Counted from the first letter of the stretch, positions 44,404-60,319 are shown. The stretch: DNA of 64,000 bases from Eledone cirrhosa (GCA_964016885.1 OZ024741.1:123442001-123506000), one strand, 5' to 3'. Translations and numbers: made by a program. Notes: generated by a model not told the origin, from the sequence alone.

Positions 44404-45318
44404 GAGAAGAGGGAGGGTGAGGAAGGGTGAGAGAGATAGGGACTACCTAGGATTTTAACTCTGCGTTCAGATTACACCAATCTGGAATGGACATCATCAA
44501 AAGTTCCGTTCATGTTTTTAATATTTCAACCAATTTTATCACCCCGGGCTGTGCTGCTTTATTTATCGACCACTAAAATAATGAAACAAGTAGCACAGCG
44601 AAACGGGACAAGTATAGCAAATTATTACAATCGGCATTCTATCAAATCCATTGATAGGAGATGTGACAAGACTGATGTTTACCTTGAAGAATTTATTGAT
44701 CTATTCTGATTCCAGAAGCTAACATTTCCTAAACAAGCCACGCGAAGTTAATGCAAAATCTATTATCATCTGAATTGAAGGGAAGCAACAAATATGATAT
44801 ATAAAATAATTTTACTGATTTCTGTTAATCCGAAAAATTCGTGGCTACATGAAATATATTTGTTGAAATAGAAGTAACGAAGTCAAAAAGATCCAATGCG
44901 TCACATTATTTACTTTAGATTATTGTAACTACCATACATACTTTCACCAGTTTTACTGGTGCAGTGCCAACATATATATTACAATAGATCACTTTGTATT
45001 GACTCGTTGAAATACTACTGGAACAGAATTGGAATTTGTGTAATTCTAACAGATTTAGATGAACAGTTTCTTTTGCACGTTAAATGGAATTAAAATAGGG
45101 TGTTGAAATGGTTTGAACATCCGCCGGATTTGACAATAAACCTGCTCAGGAAGAGAGAGGCGGAGCATAAAATTAACTTAATTCTCAGGGATATTCAGCG
45201 ATAAAATTACTGCCCCCTTTCAATTATAGATACGGGCTTGCAAACAGTTTTCGTCTACGCAATTTCAGTAAGACAAAAGCTATCAAACCGTAGCTATGTT
45301 GAATAACACAAATATAAC

Positions 45319-46100
45319 TATTCAGACGATCTGGCCATGATGAGTTACTCTGGAACTGATCTGCACGACTTTCTGAATGTACTGGCTAAACATACTCTGG
45401 AGGCTGGCTTACACATCAACATCTCCAAAACAAAATGTATGACAACGGATAAAAATAATGCCAATCTCCAACTCATAATCTACAACCAGCAAATTGCTCA
45501 AGTTACAGAGTGTGTATAACTCGGTTGCAAACTATCATCAAACATCAATGGAATGGATGCCGAGCAATATTGAATCGCTCTCGGTTGGGCAGCTTTCAAC
45601 AAAAGCAAGGAAGTACTAACATCAAAACCAGTTTCCTACCATTTGAAGGCTGAGATCTTGATACTTACACTCTATCAGTTGTGTTATATGGTCTTGACTG
45701 TGTTAATTGGACGACAAAGTCACTTCAGAAGCTTTCTATATTCCCAAACCAACTCATGAGACTTATGACTGGCAAGCGGCTCAGCGACCGTATCTGTATC
45801 AGTGAGCTGTTCAACATTACCAAACTTAGACCAATTACATCAATTGTCAAGTGAAGAGTACTCAAACTATACGGCCATATGAAAAGATCATCTTGTGGTG
45901 TGAGTAGGTTATGCCTGGATGGAAGGTTGGCTGGTAAGGAAGCAGAGGCCGGTAGCCAAAACGATGGCTTTACAATGTCAATTCATGGACTGGACTTGAT
46001 CCTTATTCTTTGAAATCTGCTGATGGTGATTGAACTTTGGGGAGAGAGATATCACATGTTAATGCGCAGTCTGCAACTGGCGGAAGTTAGCGTCAGAAAG
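45319..46100 (+). mobile_element. Decayed RTE-like LINE, 3' part of RT
   Basis: YSDDLAMM...GLHINISKTKCM, followed by VLYGLDC and KLYGHMKR remnants. Confidence 0.75.
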
Positions 46101-46341
46101 AAGACGTACACATCTTAATGAGTGAATAACATATCAATCAGAGAAGCAATATTACATATTAAATTTAAGTGAAAAATAAACTATATTCATGGGGGTATTA
46201 GATCGATAGAGCCCACACACATCCAAAAAACAAACAAACAAATAAATGAATAAAGTGAGATTGACTACCATAATTTTGGTCTGTCTGGCGTATATTCTCA
46301 TGAATATAGTTTTTTACTTTAATATATATATATATATATAT

Positions 46342-46536
46342 GATACTAAATAAATGGAAACTATATTTATAAAACCATATTTATTTCGTTATATATATTT
46401 CAAGGATATCATATTAACAATATGTTATGCCTTCTTCAGACAAAATACAATATAAACAGTCTTATAAATAAATAGATATTTTATATCAGTTATAAATATT
46501 TACTCGTTGTTAACCCAACAATTTAAATATAACTTT

Positions 46537-46538
<2 letters not shown>
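46342..46538 (-). mobile_element. HHR-bearing insert; HHR at 46382-46447
   Basis: tattttgt-CTGAAGA-aggcataacatat..atatgatatcctt-GAAA-tatatat-A-acgaaata. Confidence 0.75.
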
Positions 46539-46605
<67 letters not shown>

Positions 46606-46608
<3 letters not shown>

Positions 46609-46818
46609 GAAACTGTATGACCCCGACGGCAGAGCTCAAGCCGTTTCGACGGCTATTTCTGGATTGTCTGGACTGTCCAGAAATAGCCGTCGAAACGGCT
46701 TGAGCTCTGGCGTCGCGGTCATTCATACATTTTCCTATTACCCACTCTACTACCCTAAGTATTGAGTACTCTGGTACGTTATGGTCAATCTGGTTCCTTA
46801 CCACAACTCCTTCGTTAC
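46606..46818 (+). mobile_element. Family D fold-back insert
   Basis: Hairpin 46617-46722; GAAAcggcttgagctctggcGTC; shared tail. Confidence 0.75.
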
Positions 46819-47058
46819 ATATATATATATACATATATATGCCTCTGTGTTTCAGCACACAAACTTAGACACTCCGTAAATATGCTACCATTAAATCAAG
46901 CACAATTACTGAGTTTGAAGTTATCTATTAAATTTCTATTAAATACCAAGCCCCAGCAAGTCGGCGGTCTAATGAATGCAGTAAAAGAATTTGTAAATTA
47001 CTATGTAAAATATAGTAAAATAAAATTATGCATAAAAGAAAAATATTTATATATATAT

Positions 47059-47844
47059 ATCCCCGTGTCAAAATCGATACGAGACCTGGGCATAGACATG
47101 AGCGATGATGCATCTTTTTCTTCACACATCATGAAAGTGGCGACAATGTGCAGACGACTCGCTGGCTGGATCTTGAGGACTTTCCGAACAAGAGATCGAG
47201 ACACCATGTTGACACTATGGAGGACATTTGTCCTAAGCCGCCTGGACTACTGCTCCCAGTTGTGGTCACCCCATAGTGTCAAACTAACCACGGAGCTTGA
47301 GGCAATCCAGCAAAGCTACACCAAGAGGATTGCCAATATGAGGGAGACAAGCTACTGGGAGAGGCTAAAGGAACTGAACCTCTACTCCTTGGAGCGAAGA
47401 CGGGAGAGATACGCAGTGATCTACATGTGGAAAATCCTGGAGGGACTAGCACCAAACTTTGGCATTGGGAGCTGGACCAACCGTCGAACAGGACGTCACT
47501 GTGTGGTTCTAAAGGTCCCGTCTTCCACATCTAGAATAAGGAGCAGGTATTGCAATAGCCTGGGATTCAAGGGCCCTCAACTCTTCAACAGGCTGCCGAG
47601 GGATCTGAGAGACTTGCATGATGTGGAGGTGGATGTCTTCAAGAAACATCTCGACACCTTGTTATCCAGGATCCCGGATAAGCCCACAGCAAGACACGAG
47701 GGAAACCTAAGGGCAGCAGCAACAAACTCCCTCTTACACCAGTGGCGAACCTATACAAGCTGGAGATAAAATGTGTAGCAACAAGGGCGGTGCCCCAGCA
47801 TGGCCTCAGCCGGATGGCTGAATCATGTAAAAGAGTAAAAGAGT
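47059..47844 (+). mobile_element. CR1-group LINE 3' fragment with open frame to 47769
   Basis: IRDLGIDMSDD...LDYCSQLWSP...YSLERRRERY; same family and 3' end as 25800-26764; TA-flanked. Confidence 0.9.
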
Positions 47845-48179
47845 ATATATCAGATATATTAAGTAACTTTTCTAGAAAGTGGTCCATGAATGAAGACTTA
47901 ACTAAATTAAGTAGACAGCCCTCATAATATCATCCATAAAAGATTATTAGTGATACAAGAAAGTCAACAATATATTAAACCGTAAATCATCAGTGAAAAC
48001 AATAAAACTAACTACAGTGATATTATAGCCCAAATGTTAGCATCATAACCGTAAAGTTTTACGTGTAAACAAAGTAGTTCGGTGATTGTCAACTAATAAA
48101 ATATCAAAGACACCATCACACACACGCATACACACACATACACATACGTGATTGCACATACACACATATACACATACAG

Positions 48180-48212
<33 letters not shown>

Positions 48213-50199
48213 AATATAATATATATATACATGTTATATATATAAATATATATATATATATATGTGTATATATATGCACACATTGATACACAAACACGCC
48301 TGTATATACATATATATGCATAAATGTGTGTATATGTGTAAAAATGTGTGTGCCTGTGTGTTATGTGTATATATTATGTTGCCTAAAATAACACATGAAA
48401 AGACTGCATGTGGGTAAAGTTTAAAAGAAAATGCAGCATATATAAGCACACCCATTAACATGTTCTTCGTATAAATGTATTGATTAAAAATATAAAACAT
48501 TAATAATGCATCAGACTTAAACTAAAAGGGAAAATAAAAAAAGTTGTGGATATCGGACCATTAAAGTTATGATTTATTTACAGATTTGATGATCGGTTCT
48601 GAGTACACAACGACTGCAGTTTTTTCTTTAAATCAATATAGTTGGCTTTAATTATTTGTGTCCTTTGTAAATATTTAACCGAGAAATAAAGTGTTACTTT
48701 CCTTTTGTGTAAAGTCTGCATTCTGTGAGTTTGGGCAAAATAATGGTTTCCGATGTAGGCACAAGGCCAACGATTTGAGAGGAGGGGAAGGCTCGATTAA
48801 ATCGATCCCACTCCGTTACTCGTAATTTATACCCGTCAGGATTAACGGCAAAGCTAACATCGTAGGGAGGAGTCGGGGTTAGGTCTCTCGGCTCACAGAA
48901 GTATGTGAGGAGGAACGAGAGGATGATGGTCTCGGCCGCGGCGGTGATGTGTCTGCGCCTCGCGAACAAGACCTCAAAGACACTCCTTATCTTTCCCTTC
49001 ATTTTCCGTTTTTAAATATCGGTAGTGTTGATGTTATTTGAAATAACTCGTTCATGACTTTTTTGATTTTTATTGAAACGTTTTTACTGCTTTAGCGACG
49101 TCAGTTACAAAATAATGACAATCTACGCCAGGGCAGCATTGCAGTATGGTTAAGAGTAATCGCTACGTGATGTATGCAGTTCAAAATTCGTGTCTGCTAC
49201 GCCTGGAAAATTCGTAGAAATACCTCTACCGTAGGTGGTGAAGAAAGACTTACATGATAAATTGCAACAATAAATTATACCTGGGAGCAGATCGATGGTA
49301 TTTTTTTCTGATTTTGTTTGGTAGATTTAATCTATTGCCAGAAATAACTGTGACGATGTGTGTGGCTTTATCGTGGGCCACAATTTTATAATCATTTCCG
49401 CAACAACTCTCGTTCCGTCTTACCTCCAATCTCGGGGTTCATGGCCTGATTCATGATTAAACAAACATTTAAAATAAAATATTTGTAATGAGCTCACCAA
49501 TGACAGAGAGATAAATGGAAACGTTTTAACCGGGTATGGATTAATTGGGTATGGATTAATTTATTACTTGGGGGCAGTGGAGGTCGCATCGATTGATTCA
49601 TTAAATCACTTCATAGAAAGAAACAGAATGTTTTTGGTCAACCTTGCCATGTTTTCATTTCTAGGTCGAGAAATAAGTAACAATCACGTACTGGGGTCGA
49701 TTATTCTTTCACACACTAACATACTAACATACTAACACACACACACACTCGCATATACTATCCTGCTCACTATTGGTTTTAACGTTGCTTCGTGAAAAAC
49801 ACGTTTGAATGATTGAATATAATATAAAGATTGATATGCCCCAGAAACTAACCATGCATTGTCAGAATTCAATATCAGAAATAATAAGTCTATATCGCTA
49901 CATTGCATTATATAACAATACTATACGTTAACTAATACTTTATTGCACCCTCTTCGCTTTCATATCTCCCACTATATTACACATTCACATGATTCATTCT
50001 ACACTTCCATACCTACAAATTCATATCATTTTCTAATCGACATTTATATATGAAACACTAGCCTGAATTTTCATATTATTCACTAGCTTATATTAACATA
50101 TAATTTTATAACATTTACTAATGTACACGATTATATCAGCCCCTAATCTACATTTTCAGATGACTCACTAGACAACAATTTTCTATTAGCCACTATCTT

Positions 50200-50321
<122 letters not shown>

Positions 50322-50777
50322 ATATATATATACGTATCATTGACTGACCTACGCATATTCCAATTTCGAAACTTCCGCAAAACCATTCAAATGGGTTTTA
50401 TGAAATAGAAAAAGAAGAATGGAAATGCCTGTGATCTCGCGACAAACATACCTCAGTATTTCTATAACACTACTTACATCCCCATCATCATCATTAGAAC
50501 AGTATTACCATGACAGACATAAAAACACGACACGCTATCACCAGACATATATTCATAATTACAACAGCATTATCATGCTTACCAGCCCAAAATAAAATCA
50601 ACGTCATCAACACCAACATCATTCCTCATGATCAGCATCATATTATCACCAACATTATAGCACCAGTGACACCAGTGATGTCACGATATTCATCAGTTGG
50701 GTTAGTCATTAGTGTAATTGGACTTATTGATTGATTTACATCAACATCAATCAGTTAAATGGAGACATGGCTAGTGT

Positions 50778-50937
50778 GAAGAAGAAGAAGAAGAAGAAGA
50801 AGAAGAAGAAGAAGAAGAAGAAGAAGAAGAAGAAGAAGAAGAAGAAGAAGAAGAAGAAGAAGAAGAAGAAGAAGAAGAAGAAGAAGAAGAAGAAGAAGAA
50901 GAAGAAGAAGAAGAAGAAGAAGAAGAAGAAGAAGAAG
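50778..50937. repeat. Pure (GAA)n tract, ~53 units
   Basis: Directly visible. Confidence 0.98.
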
Positions 50938-52736
50938 GCGCGACAAGTAGAAAAGGAACACAAAAACAAGAAGAAGAAGAAGAAATTAAAAAAAGAAATA
51001 CATTTCCCCGAAGAAAACATTTACTTCTCACATCATAAAGCCGTGCATTTTGATGATGAAGAGATGCTATAAAATATATGTTTATACGATGTTTACTCGT
51101 ATAATTTCTTTCGACATAAATCCTAAGTTCAAAGCAATTGATAAATGCAATTGTATGTGAAGCACATGACGTTACTCAACTGTTTTAATGACGTAAATGA
51201 AGAGAAAGGTTAATGACTCAACTACACAACAGCATCTAGCCTCACACACCTCTTAACATAGTGATGGCAATACTGTTGAATTTATTTAATGTTTGCGTCC
51301 AGGAATGTTATTGCATATATACCCGATTTTGATAAACTACTGGGTTGCTTAAGAGAAACACTATAGTTTTGGTTTATTGCTGACACGTAAAATTGGTTAA
51401 AGATAAGAAAGGTATTTTAAGTATTTCTTTCTAAAATACTTATAAAATGTTCAGCATATCTCTACATATGGCATACAGGATTAAATGTACGACTAACGTT
51501 GAAGAAATAGCTATTTACAGAGTTTGACAAAGTGTTTTGCGATTGGAAATGAACTGCTTATTTTGGTAACATTCATGAGATTGTGGGTATGTTTGTAAGT
51601 GTAAATGTATATGGCATATTATAAATGTTTATGTATATGCAACAACTGCACAAACTCACATTCTCATTGACACGAGCACACAATCTCAGACCATACATAC
51701 TGCGTTTTTATTGGGTGTGCAATAAAAACGCAGTATGTTTAATATTAAGCTAAATATCGACGTTGGTTTACAGTAGAATTAATAGTAAGCATCACGCAAT
51801 GACTCACTGTTAAGTTTTAAACATTAAACTTCCAATAACTTTAGCCAATATAGACTGTACATCCTATCCTTCCGGAAGAACCAATCAGGTTGTGTCTCAA
51901 TTACTTTCAATAATACTTTCAACCCAGCCAATTTTGTTCCAGTGCCGGATGAACGCTTATGAGTTGATGTTTTAACTGACCTCTACTGCGTGGACAGTGT
52001 CCAGAATTTGAACTAAGAAAGTAAAGGACCGGAAGAGATGTCGCAATAAAACCTCGTTTGACGTTCTAACAATTCCACCACTCCACTGTCCCTTGACTGG
52101 ACTGGTAGTTTATTTCTCCATCCAGATAGGACGAAAAGGGATTTGAACTTAAAGCGCAGAAAATCAGAAAAACTAATATTTTGCATTTTTGTTTTATACT
52201 CAAACGATGGTCGCGTCATTAAAGGAGTTAATTTTCTTGAAGATGGATCCACTCTAGCATATTTCCTGAGATATTTGTACATCACTGTATGCAGAAAAAA
52301 GAAAAATTCGGCACAGCAGCAGAAACGTGGCAGAAAAGAAGTAACTTTCTTTTTTCAATGCGAAGAAGGGAAGTACCAAGTATATTAGAAGAGTATTGTC
52401 AACAATTTCTATTGTAGAGTTGGAAGTAACTGGAGGATGATATATCTAAACTTGTTGAGCAGTAACGAGGAGAATTTTTCTTCACTTAGCGTGTGTCATG
52501 TGCATACCAACACTGTTGGCTGTTATATAATGCCATCTCCAGCTAATGAAATATAATCATTACTAAAATATCTGAATTTACTAAAACATATCAGGTAGGT
52601 ATGTTCGAAGAGAGAGGAAACGTAGAATAGCTCCATAAAATATACGACAAAGAACATCACTAATGTTCGATATAACCCATACGTACATATGTTTATGTAT
52701 ATATGTGTGTATATCTACATACATACACACACGCAC

Positions 52737-52830
<94 letters not shown>

Positions 52831-55800
52831 GTGTGTGTGTATGTATGTATACATGTGTGTTGAGAGAGAGAGAGACTGCAATTAGACATAATATATATTT
52901 TCATATATAACTCCAGGTATTTATTTTGGGTTAGAAGTTGGTATATATCAGATTTAGAAGAAACTGCAATAAATTCTTGTTTATATTGCTATTTTCCACT
53001 TAGTTTCCTGTCCAGTTTGTTTTTCTTTTCCGGAAATAGTGAATAGGATAAAGAACTGTATTGTGCCAAGGAATTTTTTTTTAATCTTTAGAGTGATATA
53101 CTAAAAATTTGTGTATTCTAATTTGTTTTTACGTTTGCAACGCTTAGTTTTTTTCCAATATATATAATATATACAAACATAATAAAAGTGCGGCTTTCTC
53201 TCTCGTTGGTGCTTTTATATTCACTGTACTGTATTTTCCCGTTTTGCTGTATTATTTCCATATATATTTCTTCGCTTTCAATATACTTTTAAAAACATTT
53301 TCTTTATGTTTTACATTACTGTATTCTATTTCAAACATAACATATACATACTTCTGACGCGATCCGTACCGAGATTACTCCACCATATCATACTATGCAA
53401 TATGGGTAGTTGGATATATACATGAGTTCGCTGCAGTTCTCACCAGTTTAATGAGTTTGACAAGATTTATCATAAATGTGGTGGGTATCTTGGACACCGT
53501 CAGTTCCGATGACGTGGGGGGATATATGTTTAAAAAATTGAAGGTCCTGCTCGTCAAATATACGCTCATGTGTCAGAATGTTCAAGTGATATGTGTACTC
53601 CTAATACATGTCTAATGGGGATTATGCATGGCACAATATTGAACAAGGCCGGTTCTTTGAACTACAGATACAATAACCCGAAATAATGTATCATATTTAA
53701 TGACAAAACGCACCACCGGGAACCAATCTTCCGACGCTATGTCATGGGTACAAGCTTCTATGGAATACTCATTCACTTACACAATAATGTAAGTGAACCG
53801 TACCTCTAATTCAAATTGTCTTTCTGAATCTCTTCGTGCATTCCATGAAGTGTGTACGTGTCTGTTGAAGTATCAGGCTCCTGCACATAAATATGATCGA
53901 AAAACTGGAACTGTCATCGTCGAAATCAACGTAGGCCCATGTCATTCGATCAGGGTGTACTTAAGAATAGTTTAAGCTTCAAGTGTTTAAAGGTTATTGT
54001 CAAGAGATGTTATTGATGTCATATCATAAATCATAGAAGTCGAAGAAATAGCAATATGATAATCGTAAAATTATACCATAACATGTTAAATTATTTTTAT
54101 AATACTGGAGATAATTGTAAATTTTTTTTTATTGATTACTATATAAAATATCTCTTTTATTTCATGTTTTATTTTTACATCGTTTGTATAATGTATGTGT
54201 AACTATTCATATGCGGTTTTATGGCTCTCAATTATCGTGTTACAGTCACTGTCATTGAAATACTTCACTCTTTTAATATTTGTACTTTACTCCTTCCACA
54301 AATTTATTTATTTAATTCTTCCTTTTTATTTATTTCCTTCTAAGTGACTTCCATTTTTTTTACATTATTCGACAATGTAATTGACATGTCTTTCCCGTTC
54401 GGAATTTCTAAATATGCACACCTCTCTCGATGATGTTATTTTTTACTCTGTGTTATTTAGATCTAACCATCACGAAATATTTCCTTATCTTGCTCCATGC
54501 CTGTACTTTACCATATTACTGTATTTTTGTCCGCGCTCTGAACGCATAAGCAACAGTCTTTCGGTATAAGTGTTCTCTCTATTTATTAGCATAACATAAC
54601 GTACAGCAATCACACCTGAGTAACTCTAGCCATTTAAATATATATTTGTTATTTAGTTACGACGCTTTACGTTCTGAGTTCCAAAGTTCCCGAACAAGAC
54701 AATGGCTTTAACAATTTTAGAGTCGAAAAGCATATCGCTGGTTATGATGTTCTGTTAGTTATATCGACTTTCCACCCTCTAAAAATCGGTAGCCTTGTGC
54801 CACAATTAAACTCATAATTATAAACAAACATCGAATGCCTAATTGAATTATTCTGGGATAGAAGCACGAGCAAAGCCAAACACAATGGCTGTGTTTATGA
54901 CAATTATATAAGTAAATTAGTTGATGAAGAACCGCAACAACTACCCACGTGTGGAGCATACAATGGCGAAAGGCTATATTGGTATTCGGTATAGCAGCTT
55001 CAAGATCAGTTTTTCTTATATAATGAGAAATAAAAACAGATGGAAATGAATTCATATAATCGCAAAATTGAAAACTAAGGTACGTTTTTTCACATTTCGA
55101 GGTACCTAAATTATCTACAAGTCAAGTATTGGCATTGATTTCATTGAATTCCTCTACCAACCAATTATCTAGCGTTGTGTCTAAATTAGAAACTGTAATT
55201 ATGAACAAAATTCCCAATGTCCAACTAGAATATCCAGGAATACGAGTATCTTTAGAGAAATGGCTAGGTACAATATTTTAACAAAAGTCATTGTAATTGG
55301 AAAGTGAATTGCTTAGTTATGCAACACTACTTAGATTGTGTTTATGTGTGTGCATGTTTGTAAGTGTACATTTATATGACAAAGCTAAACACAACAGGTG
55401 TGCTTAATAGCAATTAATCAACTTAGTTGATTCTGAACTCTGATAACATTCCAAGTGGGTAGCATACAATGGAGAAATTCTATGTATATGTGTGCTGGCA
55501 TCTTGAAGACTTGTCAGCATATATATACTAAAATTCTGCAGCTTTGAGAAAATATATATGGAAAACAAAACAGGTGAATACGAACTTGACATCTCGAGTG
55601 AAGGAGAAAATAACTTGACATATAAATGTATGCACTAACAGTTCTGTAAATAACCACTCTAACATTACATAAAAGACTAATCATAATTGAAACCAATTAA
55701 CAGTGTTTGTTTTGTAACTTGTATCTTTCTGAATTCCTGTTTCCAATGCTAAGGTATTCAAACAACAGACAAACAATAGCATAATTGTATAATTACTATG

Positions 55801-58197
55801 AGCAATATGCAAACGTAGCAGAATTAAACAATTATTGTTAAGAAAGTTTCGCAATAATTAACTCCCACCAACGAAATAATGAGAAACTTCAAATCTGTCA
55901 TTGCCATATCACATAGTGAATGAAATTTTTCGTCTCTCAGTCATAGCTTTCTTAATGGATAGGTAAACTCAGAGGTTAGCCATGGCCTCGTGATCTTATG
56001 GTGATACTTGCAAAGAGTATTTATCATCGGACCATACGGCAGCAGTGCTTGATTCTACTGTTGCTCATATACATTAAAAGTGACATCCTCTAAAACATAC
56101 ACAATATTATCATGCAATATTCTGCAACGAAATGCTGCCAATCGTCTCGCTTAAAATTATTTATGTGATGGTGAGGGATAAGTGGCTTATGTAGAGGCGC
56201 TAAAATATAGTAAAGTCACCGCGGATTATGAACGAGACTGTAGGGGTATTTAAGTCCCAGTTAAAATAATACGAATAGTCTCTTTAAAAGATGTGCATGG
56301 TATTCTGTATATTGAGTATTACACGGTGATTTATCAAACTGCCTGTTAGACCTTAATTCTTTGATCAATCAACTAGAATCCTCATCAGTGGAATCCGTGA
56401 GGGTCCAAATAAGGTATTTTTGAAAACAGAAACAGAAAGTAGCAAGGAACCAAGCAAACACTGTTTACATTGATCTCTCCATTACAGATATTATCTACTG
56501 GTCGCACTTCTTATCAGAAGATTCAACGGTATATACTGTATTTTGTTCTAGAACACAAGAGGCTAATATGTCTGGATATCAAACCCACTATTTTTATGGT
56601 GAATTTAACACCCACAACATTAAGGCGCATGCCTTCACAAGGTTCTTTTAATTCAACGTAAATAGCGTTCTTAAATGTCATTCAATTGAACACGGCTTCC
56701 AAATTATTTTCGTTGTATCAGTTTTTTTATTCACATTTTAGTGTGGTGTTTTCTTATTTGTTTTTTTATTCTTTAACTGATTCATTTTACTGAGTTAATC
56801 AATTTCAAAAGGAATTTTAACACTAATACAGTTATTTTGCCTGTCAGGTATTTCTTAGCAGCGTGAAACATTTACAGAATATTTAAACAGACACAAAAAC
56901 GTATCTTTCACGATGAGCAAAACATATAAAACGTTAACTGCGTGAAGAACAATATACTCTAAGGACATTCAAAAAGAAAAAATATATTTCCTTCATAACG
57001 ACAATTAACGAACGGGAAATTTGTGTTTCACTTTTTAACTGGTCCTTTGTTAAATTATAAAGGAAATGTCAAGACGTGCTGTCATTATGTTTGATGTGAA
57101 CTTTTATGTAAGGATCCTAATAAGGTGACCAACACTACATGTAATATTAATAGAATGCACAATATTTCGAAATAAAATCGCAATCGTTAGGCATGCATAC
57201 TTACTGTAAAGAAGGGTGTACTTTTGTCCTTTGTCCTCTTCAGCGATATATATTCCAGTTGTTCAAACAACAGCACATGAAACTTGCTCATGAAGTTAAC
57301 GTGCAAGTATCTGAGTAATCCCAAAACTCATGAACTAATAAGCCAGCTTATTGAGTTACAGCTACAATCTATCTGACGGGATTCTTTCGTCTACACAATT
57401 TCAGTTATGATATCCGAGTTTAAGGTAAAGGACACTTGCAAAAGATGACATGCATAGAGATCTACTTAGAGACCTAACCTAATGATTGCAAAGCAAGCTT
57501 CTTAAACATGTGACTAAGCACCGTCTACGCGTTAACTTGATGTTCGATTAAAAAGTATTAACAAGAAAATGTTGATCAGGGTATTTTAACGGAACGTTCT
57601 TAAGGTAAACATTTAAAATATATCCATATATTCTTATAATAATATATGTAGAAATAAACATAGTAAATTGTGAATCTAGAATTACGAGCGTTGAAATAGC
57701 ACATTGGTTTGATAAATTTAACCTGAAGCCGTAATTTTAGACACAATTTACTGTTTATTTCTACATATATTATTATATAATGATCAGTATTTATACTTTG
57801 AGCTTGTTAATTGCAGGGTATCAATATGAGTTAGTAAATCGGTATTTTATTTGTATATTCTTATATACATTTATACTTTTACTGGTTGCAGTAACAAGAC
57901 AGCGAGAGGAATTGAAATAAAATAAAGAGACAAGCATAAAATAGTTAAACAAAAACAATAAAATGAATAAATGTTTTTAAATAAATGCGAAATTATAACG
58001 GAAAAACAAACAAACCGGACGCAAAAGAAATAACAAAGAAGAATAAAACAAAAGTATGTAAAATAAATAAGATGGTTTGTGACGATTAGATGTATTTGAA
58101 ATCTCTAGTAATTGGTTCTTAATTACGAGACTCTATTCTCGAGTTCTCCCATATTTTACTGTCTGATAAATGGTAGTTATAAATGTGTGCATGTGTG

Positions 58198-58263
<66 letters not shown>

Positions 58264-59171
58264 CATACGTGTGTGTGTGTGTGTGTGCGTGTATGTGTTT
58301 ATGTGTGTGTGTCTCTGTGTTTGTGTTTGTGTGTAAATATACGCATATTTGAATATATATAAACACATGCATGGACATATATATATTTGTGCGTTCGTGT
58401 GCGTATATATATAATCGAACGCATACATGTGAATGTATATGAATACATAAGAATATATGCATATACATATATGAATATATACCTAGACATAAATACATAC
58501 ACACATCTACCAAATGCTATCTGAGTTTAAATTAATCGCCACTACATCACTACAGCTGCTGCACATCAGCAGATGACTAGAACACTAAACCCAACAATGT
58601 TTGAATGTTTGCAGTAATTGAGATAAGCGTTCCTGTCCAGACGGATGTCATTTGCATTTCTTTCAAAATCAATATTATCTGCTGTTGTGCTTGTGGCTAG
58701 AAATGTAGTAAGTTGCTTTTTTTCTTTTTCAAACATTAAGTACAAAATAGACCACCGTCGCTTTTGACGATGAGTAGAAAATGTTCTTCAAATAACGGAA
58801 GGGCATGTTCAAGAAATTACCATTTAAATGACTGACATGCCACAGATCTGAGTATCTTTAATGCAATTGTCACAGACATTCGGCGTAACACAAGGTGGGA
58901 TAATGCAAACCATCTATTAAATTAAAAGTACAAGCCCATTCGACAGGCATCGAAGCAGTTTCCATTTACCAAATTCTACTCATTAGGTACGGGTCAATTA
59001 GAGGCTGTGGTAAATGACATTTTCCAAAGGTAAAATACAAAAATATAGCAGAAATGTAAAGACTGCGATACTGTGTCCACAATTACGTACGTTTAGATAT
59101 ACTATTATTGTGTTCGTATTGTATTATTTTTTCTCGTTTCGTATTCGATATTATCATTTTTGTGCTCTCTG

Positions 59172-59640
59172 AGGGCGGTGGATTATCAGTATCGGTAGAC
59201 CGTCAGGCACCATCCTTTGCAGCATAAAGTTATGACCCTAAACGTTGTGAGTTTAAATCCCGGGGAGGTTAACCTTGCCTCTCTTCCTTACGGGGTCGAT
59301 AAAATAAAGCACCAGTAACGTACCGCGGTCAATTTAATCGACTTTCCCCTCCCCCAAATTACTGGACTTGTGCCTATACTAGAGATCATTATTTTTGTGC
59401 TCTCTCAGAGCGGTGGATTGGCAGTATCGGTAGACTGTCAGACACCATGCTTTGCAACATCAGCTTATGGCCCTTTACGTTCTGAGTTCAAATCTCGCGC
59501 AGGCAAGCTTTGCCTTTCATCCTTACTGGCTCGAGAAAATAAAGCACCAGTAATGCACTGGAATCGATTTAATTGAATTCCCCTTCCCACCAAATTCCTC
59601 GCCTTGTGCTTATAGTAGAAGCCATTATTTTTGTGCCCTC
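59172..59640 (+). mobile_element. Two tandem SINEs
   Basis: Two full heads, cores and tails; the motif atttttgtgc(t/c)ctct precedes, separates and follows them. Confidence 0.85.
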
Positions 59641-59954
59641 TTTTTCGTACAGGTTGTTCCAATTTATATTAGTTTTGAAGAAAGTCCTTGGCTTAGTGGT
59701 CACAGCTGTATGACATAGGATCATATGTTCGTAACATTGATTCTTGGACCAGATGAGGCGTTATGCCCTTGAGCGGGTCATTATGTTACTCAATTCTACA
59801 CTGATGGGAAAGAAAGAGTTCTATTTGTAATTCAAAAGACTGGTTTTATCAGATACTGCATTCGATATTCCTAGAAACTACTTTTCAGCGGTGGACGTAC
59901 ATAGAATGTTACATAACCGTTGATCAGACGGCGGGAACATTCATTATTTGAAAT

Positions 59955-60145
59955 AAGTGTTTCTAATTTTGGCAATTATATCAGTGCTTTACTGGTACTT
60001 TATTTGAAATAATTGTTTCTACTTTAGGCACAAGGTCAGCAAAAACACAGTGCATTACTGGTACTTTATTTTATCGACCCCGTAAAGATGAAAGGCAAAG
60101 TCAACCTCGGCGGGATTTGAACTCAAATCGTAAAGGGACGTAACT
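59955..60145 (-). mobile_element. SINE with a duplicated 3' tail
   Basis: Reverse-complement core ggtactttattttatcgaccccgtaaagatgaaaggcaaag. Confidence 0.8.
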
Positions 60146-60231
60146 TGGAGGTCCAACAGCATTTTCGAAATATTACAAAATATCGAAGTGATGGTTCAGG
60201 TTTGTTATATATATATATATATACATATACA

Positions 60232-60309
<78 letters not shown>

Positions 60310-60319
60310 ATATATATAG

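Noticed and set aside
46762-47769. 335-aa ORF as a gene
   Set aside because: It is a chance fusion of a family D tail, spacer and TA sequence with a truncated LINE ORF2 that begins at about 47059.
50731-51072. Poly-K, -F, -L and -S ORFs
   Set aside because: They are translations of the GAA repeat.
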